Below, in pieces: positions 29,734-38,100 of a stretch of 64,000 nt of DNA. Numbering within the stretch: the stretch's first letter is position 1; every line of letters begins with the position of its first letter. The notes beneath the pieces are model-generated. The model worked only from the letters and a program-made list of their open reading frames with translations, had not been told where the DNA came from and searched no databases. The position numbers and the translations under genes were made by a program. The DNA lies in assembly GCA_039194325.1 (NCBI GenBank), contig JBCCWC010000011.1:66174-130173 (forward strand), given 5' to 3'. This DNA comes from Myxococcota bacterium (GTDB taxonomy: Bacteria; Myxococcota_A; Polyangia; Nannocystales; Nannocystaceae).

Positions 29734-29840
29734 GGAGCGATATGCATATCTTGAGCGTATCCATGCAACAACCCCCCCGCGCGAATGCGGTCGTGGGACC
29801 GCGCACGAATATGCGCTAGGGTTGCAGTCGGTTTGCACGC
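29640..29840. promoter_or_regulatory. Putative ARG-box-like operator cluster around the argC start
   Basis: TGCA half-sites at 29646, 29657, 29668, 29743, 29764, 29823 and 29834, plus the imperfect palindrome GCGCACGAATATGCGC (29801-29816). Spacing is mostly 10-11 or 21 bp, upstream of an argR-containing operon. Confidence 0.5.
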
Positions 29841-29981
29841 CCTTCTCGGGCCACACGGCCGCCATGCCCCGCCGCCCCTCCATCATCGATTCCGTGGACG
29901 CCCCGGATCGCATTCCAGATCGTATCCCAAATGCGCGCATATTGCGCTTTTGTGACCCGCGTCGAATCCGGCGATCGGGCC

Positions 29982-30011
29982 TTGACAGCCGCCGGGCCCC
30001 CGGGCGAAGTT
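29982..30011 (+). promoter_or_regulatory. Putative sigma70 promoter of tRNA-Gly
   Basis: Perfect TTGACA at 29982-29987, 44 nt before the tRNA. The -10 element is weak. Confidence 0.45.
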
Positions 30012-30025
30012 CCGGACCCCAACGC

Positions 30026-30101
<76 letters not shown>

Positions 30102-30115
30102 ACGCCTCGACCTCA

Positions 30116-30142
30116 CGCCTCGCCCGGCTCGCCGGCGGGGCG
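30116..30142 (+). terminator. GC-rich hairpin downstream of the tRNA
   Basis: CGCCTCGCC...GGCGGGGCG inverted repeat. There is no clear U-tract. Confidence 0.35.
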
Positions 30143-30202
30143 TCGTCGCGTTCAGGCGCAAGGCCCAAGGGGCGGCGGCTCGGGTGGCGGATCGGGCGGC
30201 CG

Positions 30203-31624
30203 ATGAGGTGGTCGGGCGTGTTGATGCTCGCCCTGGTGGGCATGCTGAGCTCGATGGGTGCGGGTTGTCGCACCCAGACCCAGGACGAAGCGCGCCCCGG
30301 GGTGCGGATCGACGCCGAGCGGCACCGGGTGGAGATCTGGGACGACGACTATGCGCTGGGCGGCGAGCAGCCGCTGGTCACGGTGGTGGTGTTCACCGAC
30401 TACGCCTGCCCTCCGTGTGCACGCACCTGGCAGGTGATGGACCACCTGGTCGAGGACTACGGTGCGGATCTGCGGGTGGTGTACCGGGCGTTCACGGTGC
30501 CCGGGTTCGGTCGCGGCGAGCAGGCGGCCGAGGCGGCCTACGCGGCGGGGGCCCAGGGCAAGTTTTGGGAGATGCACCGGCGGTTGTTCGAGCAGGGCGG
30601 CAACTTCGATCGGCCCACCCTACGCGCCCACGCGGAGGCGCTGTCGCTCGACATCCCGCGGTTCTTGGACGATCTGGACACGGGCACCCACAGCAGCCGC
30701 CGGATGCGTCATCGTCGGCAGGCCAAGACCTTGGGGGTGATGGGGCTGCCCGCGTCGTTCGTCAATGGTCTTTACCTGGCGGGGTTTGCCGACGAGGCCA
30801 CCTGGCACGGGGTGATCGACGAGGAGATCCGTCGCGCTCGCGAGCAGATCGCGCAGGGCACCCCCCGGGCCGAGGTCTACACCACCTTCATGAAGGCGGC
30901 GTCCACCAAGCCGGTGGGAGCCGGGCCGGGGGAGAAGAAGCTGCGCGAGAAGCTGGCCGCCCAGTCGGCTTCGTCTCCGGCGCCGCGCAAGCTCGTCGCG
31001 CCCGATCCTGCTCAGCGCTACGCGGTGCGGGTGGGTGAGCTGCCCGCGTCCGGCGACGCCGACGCGCCGGTCGAGCTGGTGATGTTCTTCGACTTTCGTT
31101 GTCCCTACTGTCGCCGCGCGTGGCAGCAAGAGCTGGGCGTGTTCCTTCGCAGCCAGCCTCGGGGATTTCGCGTCGCGGTGCGCCACATGCCGCTCGAGAT
31201 CCATCCGGAGGCGCGGGGGGCCGCGCTGGCGGTGCTGGCCGCCGCCCGGCAAGGCAAGCAGTGGGGCATGTTCGAGAAGGTGATCACCCACGAGGGCCCA
31301 TTGGGGCGCAGCAACTTCGCCGAGTACGCCGAGGCACTGGGGCTCGATCGCAAGCGCTTGCTCGCCGATCTCGACGAGCCTGCCCTCGAACAGCAGTTGG
31401 CCGCCGATCTTGCGTTGGCCCAGCGGGTGGGAGTGACGGGGACGCCCGCCTTCTTCATCAACGGTCGCTACGTCAGCGGCTATAGCCCCGGGGTGATCAC
31501 CAACATGCTCGAGCAGGAACTCGCCGTGGCCCAGGCCAAGATCGACGCCGGCACGCCCCGCGAGCAGGTGGTCGACGCGGTCATGGCGGACGCGATCCCC
31601 GAGTCGGAGTTTCCCAACCGATGA
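30203..31624 (+). CDS. DsbA-family lipoprotein with two thioredoxin domains
   Basis: AGC lipobox; FTDYACPPC...QGKFWEMH...GLPASFVNG; FFDFRCPYC...HMPL..H...GTPAFFING. ATG at 30203. Confidence 0.9.
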   Translation: MRWSGVLMLALVGMLSSMGAGCRTQTQDEARPGVRIDAERHRVEIWDDDYALGGEQPLVTVVVFTDYACPPCARTWQVMDHLVEDYGADLRVVYRAFTVPGFGRGEQAAEAAYAAGAQGKFWEMHRRLFEQGGNFDRPTLRAHAEALSLDIPRFLDDLDTGTHSSRRMRHRRQAKTLGVMGLPASFVNGLYLAGFADEATWHGVIDEEIRRAREQIAQGTPRAEVYTTFMKAASTKPVGAGPGEKKLREKLAAQSASSPAPRKLVAPDPAQRYAVRVGELPASGDADAPVELVMFFDFRCPYCRRAWQQELGVFLRSQPRGFRVAVRHMPLEIHPEARGAALAVLAAARQGKQWGMFEKVITHEGPLGRSNFAEYAEALGLDRKRLLADLDEPALEQQLAADLALAQRVGVTGTPAFFINGRYVSGYSPGVITNMLEQELAVAQAKIDAGTPREQVVDAVMADAIPESEFPNR

Positions 31625-32469
31625 GCCCGAACAGCCCGATGAGTTCTTCCCGGTCATGGTGCCAATCACGGGGCCAATCGCAGAGCCGGTCCCGCGCGTG
31701 GGGCCCTCTTTTGCTGGCCGTCTCGCTTGCGTTCGCGGCCTGCGGTAGCCCCGAGCAGGCCCCCGCCGATCGCCAGTACACCGCGCTGCCGCACCTCGAG
31801 GACGTCAAGGGCAACCTGTCGCGCATGGTGGTGGGCGAGCGCTGGCCGGCCACCTATCCCGACGATGCGCCGATCAAGGGCGCCCGTGAGCCACTGGTCA
31901 CCATCGTGGAATACTCGGATTTCGAGTGCCCGTTTTGTGGGAGCTTTGCCGCCACCCTGGACGAGCTGGTGCAGGCCTACCCCGACGATGTGCGGGTGGT
32001 CTTCCAGCAGTTCCCGCTGCCGATGCACCCCGGCGCCGAGCCGGCCGCGCGAGCGTCGATCGCCGCCCTGGCGCAGCAGCGGTTTTGGGTCATGCACGAT
32101 CGCCTCTTTCGCGAGCGCCACGCGGGTGGCGAGGAGCGCTTGGTGGAGATCGCGGGGGAGCTGGGGCTGGATGTCGATCGGTTTGCTGCGGACCTGAGCG
32201 CCGAGGCCACCGCCCAGCGGGTGGCGGACGAGCAGGCCAAGGGCAAGACGATCGGCGTGCGCTCGACCCCCAACTTCTTTCTCAACGGGATCCGGGTCGA
32301 GGGGGCGCTCAAGCCCGACGCCCTGCGCCGTGTGGTGGATCAAGAGCGCCAGGGCAGCCAGCAGCTCATCGACGCCGGATCCACCCGGCAAGAGGTCTAC
32401 GCGCGATACATGCGGGCAGCCGTCGACCAGCACCCGCGGCTGAAGAGCTCCGAGGCCAAGGGTCCGTAG
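31621..32469 (+). CDS. DsbA-family lipoprotein (single thioredoxin domain)
   Basis: FAAC lipobox, EYSDFECPFC, FPLPMH and STPNFFLNG. Overlaps the upstream stop (ATGA). Confidence 0.9.
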   Translation: MSPNSPMSSSRSWCQSRGQSQSRSRAWGPLLLAVSLAFAACGSPEQAPADRQYTALPHLEDVKGNLSRMVVGERWPATYPDDAPIKGAREPLVTIVEYSDFECPFCGSFAATLDELVQAYPDDVRVVFQQFPLPMHPGAEPAARASIAALAQQRFWVMHDRLFRERHAGGEERLVEIAGELGLDVDRFAADLSAEATAQRVADEQAKGKTIGVRSTPNFFLNGIRVEGALKPDALRRVVDQERQGSQQLIDAGSTRQEVYARYMRAAVDQHPRLKSSEAKGP

Positions 32470-32940
32470 TACTCCGTGCCGGACGTGCGCTCCGGTCATA
32501 CGCGGTACAGCGTCACGATGGTTGCGGCATGCATCAGTGACTGATGCCCGATCCTCGTCCGCGTTTCCCGTGGAGTGTGGCTGCGTAGTAGGAGACGGCG
32601 TAAATCGCGCAAAGCGCTCGGTCGACGGCGCGGGTCGCCTAACGCACGCGGTGTGTGGATAGCCAGGCCGCTCAGCGGTCATGAGCGACCCGAGGCTACA
32701 TGCGAGACAGTGGCTCCGTCTCCACCCCGAAGGTCGCTCTGCTTCAGTTGAGTCTCGAGCGATGCGCCTTGAAGGGGGAATTTGGAGGCTCAGAACGACG
32801 TTTGGGCATGAGTCAGGGTTACGGGAGCAGGATCGAATCCACGCCCGTCGATTTTTTTCCGAGAGGGCAATCATCCGGAGCGCCCGTCGTACTCCCTGGT
32901 GGATGGTCGTGCGCACGCTCCATCCCAAAGAACCGCCACC

Positions 32941-34848
32941 ATGAGTCTCACCATAGAAATCACTTCACCCAATATATCCATCCGGCGACTCCTCGAGATC
33001 GCGGAGATTTACGCCAAGGAGCAGGAGTGGAGCAACGCGGAGTGGGTGCTGTTTCGGGCGCTCGACCGGATCTACAAGGAGAATGCCACATCCGGACGAG
33101 ATCTGGAGGTATCTAATGTACTTAAGAAAATGCTGCGCACCATGTCGAAAAGCAGGAAATTGCGCGGTCGACACATTCGCTGTGGGGGGCAGATAGATCA
33201 GCTTCGCAGATCACTCATTGAAATTTTCAAGCATAAGCCGAAAGTAAAAAATGAACTCGCAAATTCCAAGTTTGCGACGGTGTTCCAAAGCCCCGCCAGC
33301 AAGGTTTTTACGATCGCATTCTATCAACAGGACATGAGCAAATTCAAGATCGACGACGCCAAATCCCCGTTTTCCGTCGTGACTCCCAAGGTGTCGGTGT
33401 CGTTCCTGGTCTGGAAAGAAGGATGTTTCTGGCGCGTGAAGCTGATCGAAGAGGGCCTCGTGGAGAAACTCTCCTATGGGTGGGCTCACCTAGCCCGAGC
33501 GTCGGTGCTCAATGCCATCGCCGAGTTCCGGCTCGGTCCTATCCTCAACGGCGAAGGCAAGTCCACCATTTTATCCCAGGCTCGGTACTACTGGTGGGCC
33601 CTGGTCTTAAGGCCGGACTATGCGTGGGCCTACGCGCATTTTGGCGAGGTCTTTCGTGACGTGGCCAACTCGATTTTCCACAAGTCGCCGTTCAAGCGCG
33701 GCGACTACAGTATCAAATGCTACGTCAAGAGCCTCTACTACTACAATGTCGCGATCAAGAGATACAAGCGCCGGGACTCATTTTGGGCCTACGCACATTT
33801 CGGTGCCGCCATCGCGAACATGCGTGCATTCGTGGGGGACAACGTTCCGGATTTGGTCAAACAAATCGTCGAAGAATTGGAGGAGTCAGGAGTATGGAAA
33901 TTGTCGAACGAGTACCCGTCGTTGAATCTGATCAACATGGGGCTCGAGGCACTGATGCGGGCCCAGGATCTCCGAGGGAACTTATACCCTTGGGCTCATA
34001 AATACTATGCTGGCTCCATACTCATCAAGGGGATCATCAACACACTGCTCGATAACGATGCGCCGTCGCTGGGCTACCTGTCGACCATCTCGACGTCGAA
34101 TGCGTTGTATATGGATCCCGACATCGCGCTCGAAGTCTTCGAAGCCGGACAACTCTACGTTAACGGCTTCTTCGAGATGGGGATCCTTTGCTTAGCAGCG
34201 AAGAAGAATGAGAACGAACGTTACTCCGAAGCATGGCAGTACGTCACCTTCGGGATGAGCTGGACCTTCAAGTCCCCTCTCCTGCCGGGCCTGGAGGAAC
34301 TGATGGGGGCCAACATACTGGCCCACATCGCGCTGTACTATGTGCAACAGCATAAGAAGGATCCCGTGAACAAGCCACCGAAGAGTGCTTTGCTCGGGCA
34401 GAGCCGGTTCAAGCCCAATAAATTATTTCCTATCTCATGCGTGCCTATATACGAAGAGAAAAAATTACTCGACTTTATCGAACGCTCGCTGGGCTTCATC
34501 GAACAGTCGGTGATAACATACACAAGTTCAGGCGTCAAACGCGTCACCGCCGTCGAGATCGGACTGCAGGCCACCTGGGACCTCTTGTTTGATTTCCTGT
34601 GCATCGTGAGGAACGAGTTGAGGTTACCCGATTCCAAGCCCTTGAACCAGCGCTTGATTCGTCTGCTCCAGAGAATCAATCCAAAATACAATGATGAAAG
34701 AATCACAGAGATGTTGAAGGAACTCAAAAGTAAATACAACGAAGAATATCACAGAAAACATGTGCAAAATGTGTTCCTGCCGATCTTCCAGTCCGGTCGG
34801 CGAGGCTACGAATTCAGCCTGTTACTCGACCAGCACAAGACCAAATAA
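32941..34848 (+). CDS. Hypothetical protein with TPR-like helical repeats, visibly lower GC
   Basis: 635-codon ORF in AT-richer DNA with repeated YGWAH / PDYAWAYAHFGE / FWAYAHFGA / YPWAH segments resembling TPR helices. Confidence 0.8.
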   Translation: MSLTIEITSPNISIRRLLEIAEIYAKEQEWSNAEWVLFRALDRIYKENATSGRDLEVSNVLKKMLRTMSKSRKLRGRHIRCGGQIDQLRRSLIEIFKHKPKVKNELANSKFATVFQSPASKVFTIAFYQQDMSKFKIDDAKSPFSVVTPKVSVSFLVWKEGCFWRVKLIEEGLVEKLSYGWAHLARASVLNAIAEFRLGPILNGEGKSTILSQARYYWWALVLRPDYAWAYAHFGEVFRDVANSIFHKSPFKRGDYSIKCYVKSLYYYNVAIKRYKRRDSFWAYAHFGAAIANMRAFVGDNVPDLVKQIVEELEESGVWKLSNEYPSLNLINMGLEALMRAQDLRGNLYPWAHKYYAGSILIKGIINTLLDNDAPSLGYLSTISTSNALYMDPDIALEVFEAGQLYVNGFFEMGILCLAAKKNENERYSEAWQYVTFGMSWTFKSPLLPGLEELMGANILAHIALYYVQQHKKDPVNKPPKSALLGQSRFKPNKLFPISCVPIYEEKKLLDFIERSLGFIEQSVITYTSSGVKRVTAVEIGLQATWDLLFDFLCIVRNELRLPDSKPLNQRLIRLLQRINPKYNDERITEMLKELKSKYNEEYHRKHVQNVFLPIFQSGRRGYEFSLLLDQHKTK

Positions 34849-34865
34849 GTCTCAAAGAAAACGCA

Positions 34866-35105
34866 ATGACGACCATGGAACCGAACCTCCCGCGTCCTTC
34901 ATTACCATGCTCGAACTTGCCACCTTCCGCTTGCATGGAGCGTGGAGGCGGCTTGCGCGTCTCGGAGCTGATCGACGAGATGGGGGCCTGTACGGTCTTC
35001 GACCCGGGCCCCGACCGCACCTTTGACCCCGATACGATCCCCGACTTCGACGGGGGTGACACCGAGGATGAGGACACCGATGCCCAGGCGATGGACGGAT
35101 ACTGA
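34866..35105 (+). CDS. Small acidic hypothetical peptide
   Basis: Starts 17 nt after the TPR-like gene. The 3' half has GC3-biased codons and a D/E-rich sequence with FDP..FDP..FD motifs. Start is uncertain. Confidence 0.5.
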   Translation: MTTMEPNLPRPSLPCSNLPPSACMERGGGLRVSELIDEMGACTVFDPGPDRTFDPDTIPDFDGGDTEDEDTDAQAMDGY

Positions 35106-35116
35106 CGACCGAGGGC

Positions 35117-38100
35117 TCAGTGATTCCGCGATGGTGCAGCGTGTGCCGACTTGATCCACGCGGCGTCGAAGATGTTCGCGTAGATCGGGTTGCCGATCCT
35201 TAGACGGCCCCAATCGCGGACGACCAGGCCCGTCAGCAGCAGTTCGAACTCGAGGGGGGTGGCACTTGAGTCCACCACATCGTGCTCTAGCACCTCAGCG
35301 TACAAGGTCAGCAGTTCCTGGCGCCGCGGGGACTCGAGGATCCGGGCCTCGATCGTCCCGAGGTGCTCGGGGTCGTCATAGTTCCGCCATCGGTCGATGA
35401 CCTTACGGGTGACGAGGCTGTCCACCCACGCGCGTTCCTTGCCCGGGAGGGGGCGCGATGGCGCGTCTCGGGCGAGCAGGCAGAGCTTCTGGGACAGGAA
35501 CGGCTGCCCCTTGGTCCAGCGCAGGATCGCCTCCAGCACCAGGTCCGGGCGGTCGAAGTCGAGGAGGCCGCGCGCGAGCACCCGTGCCTCCGCGGGCTTG
35601 AAGCCGGTCAGCGAGATGGTGTGGCCGATGTTGAACGGGGTCCGGGACTTGTCGCGGATGAGCCGGGATGGCGTCGCCACGCCCAGCAAGACGAAGGACA
35701 GCTGCGCGTAGCGGGGATCGTCGGCTCGCTTGTTGTACAGTGAACGGACGAGCCCAAAGAAGTCGTCGGGGGAGAACTCCAGGCTGAACATCATATCGAT
35801 CTCATCGACAAAAATGGCGATGGGCTCGGAGCCGTCGCCGAGTACGACCTCGTCGATGAGCTCCGCTAGCCGCTGCGGCGGGGACAGGTGGGACCGCTCT
35901 CTCCACCACGTGCGCAGGTGGAAGCTCTCACGTAGGCCTAGCCCCGCGCTGAGAGCTCGGGCGATGCCCGCGTACCACTGTTCGCTGGTCACCCCCGTAG
36001 AGCCGATGGCCGAGATATCGATCGCCACGCAGCGGATCCCGCGGGCGGCCAGGCGGCTCATCGCCTGGACGCGCAGGCTCGACTTACCCATCTGTCGTGC
36101 GTTGAAGACGTGGCAGTACTCGCGCTGGTCGACCCGGCGCACCAGCTCTCGGTCCGCGCTGCGCTGCACGTAGCTGGGGGTGTCGCCCGCGAGGCTCCCT
36201 CCGACCGTGTACCGGAACTCGGCCTCCTCGTCGGTGCTACGGAGCCAGGCGTTGTCGATGGAGAGGGCGGCCTGGGTCATCAGCAGGCTCAGCAACTCGA
36301 GGTGACTCGCCCCGAAGGCGCCGGAGGTCTGGTTGTTCTCCATGTAGGTGATGCCCACCAACGTCCTCTGATAGAGGATGGGCAGGCACAGCACAGACTT
36401 ACACCCGTGGCGTTGGATGTACGCGTCCGCCTTGAAGTCTCCCTCAGCCGACGCGTGGTCGAGGACGACGGGCTCCTCAGTCTTGGCCACGTAGCGGACT
36501 ACGGCGTGGGAGAGATCCGATCGATCTCCCAGGGCCTCAGACGTCAGCTCGATCCGCACCGTCTCGTCCAGGTGCCCAGTGGCCTTGACGACCAGCTCGC
36601 CCCGTCGTGCGAGGATCAGCAGACCCTGGCGCGCGCCCGCGTACGTTAAGCAGACCGTCATGACCTGGCGCAGCAGCCCGGCCAGATCGTGCTCGGCCCG
36701 GATGGCCCGCGTGGCTCGCAAGACGGCCTCGAGGTCGAGATCGGGTAGCTCGCCGGTCACCAGGGTCCCGCGGGTCTCCGAGGGGCTCGTGGCGCCGCGC
36801 AGGCTCGACCGCGCTCGGGGTGCGTCGCCAGAGACGAGCAGGTCCGGGTAGCGCAGCTCGAGCTCACGGAGCTTGGCCTTGGCGCCCCAGCGCTGGTACG
36901 CGTAGTGGGCGTCGCGCATGTAGTAGCTCGCCAGTCGCATGTGCCCCTGCTCGTGAAAGAACGACGCCGCTCGCTCGAGGGCCAGCGTTTCGTCGTTGAG
37001 GTATCTATGCTCTCGAGCCAGATCGATCGCGCGGTCGTAGTGCACTCGTGCGTCGTCGTGGCGTCCTGTGGCCCGTGCGAATTCGGCCTCGAGCAGGTGC
37101 GCCTTATGGAGGTAGTTCGTCGGTCCAGTCTGGGCCCAGACCTTCACCTGCTGGATCCTCGCCTCGACGTCCTCGAGGACGGACGCTCGGTTGTCCGGCT
37201 GTTCTTCACCGAGCAGCGCCAGCCTCGCGATGCAGTAGAGCATCAACGCTGGCGGGTGGAAGAGAGCAGACTGCGGACAGCGGCGATCGACGTAGCTTGA
37301 GTACGAGGCGACGGCCTCGCGGTACCGGCCGAACCGGGCGCTCAGCATGGTCTTGAGGACGTGCAGCAGCTGGATCATGATCTGATCGTTGTCCTGCTGG
37401 TGGATGGGTAACTGCACGCCTTCGTCGTAGGCTTCGCCTCGCAGCACGCAGGGATCGTCCGCGTCATGCTCTCCCATGAGGTTCAGGACGCACTGCCAGT
37501 AGGCGCGAACCCACGTCGCCTGGGCCATATACCGGCGCTGCTCACAGATCTCGACGAGGCCGCGCATCTTCGCCGAGAGCTCGTCCAACTCGAACCCGGC
37601 GGTAAAGGGGGCGATGGCCTGGTTGGCCAGGCCTCCGGCGGCCATCGTGTTGTTGCCGGTCCTCCACGCCGTTCGGTAGCACTGGTTGACGATCTCGATC
37701 AGGTCCCGGACCGGCTCTACGAGGTGATAGATGTGAAAATAGCCGTTGCCGTCGACATCGACGAGCTGCTCGTCGAGTTCCTCACGGTGGCAGATCGCCC
37801 GCGCGGTCTGGGCGAAGCGGTAGCCCTGCTCGATGCTGCTTGCATCGCCACGCTCGCACAGGTGGACGCCGTGGTAGCAGTAGCCTCCGACGGACTCGTC
37901 GACTCGCCCGTGCAGGAGCGTCAGCTCGACCATCTTTGCTGCGACCAGCGGAGCGAGCGCCTGGTGCGACATCAGCGTCGTGATGTAGATGGCCCGTAAC
38001 ACGCGCATGGCGTGTCCGTGCGGCAGGGTGGAGGTCGCCCGGGGGACGGACGCCAGGCTCTCGATCGTGCGGTCGCCTAGGGCGCGTTCCACCGCAAGGG

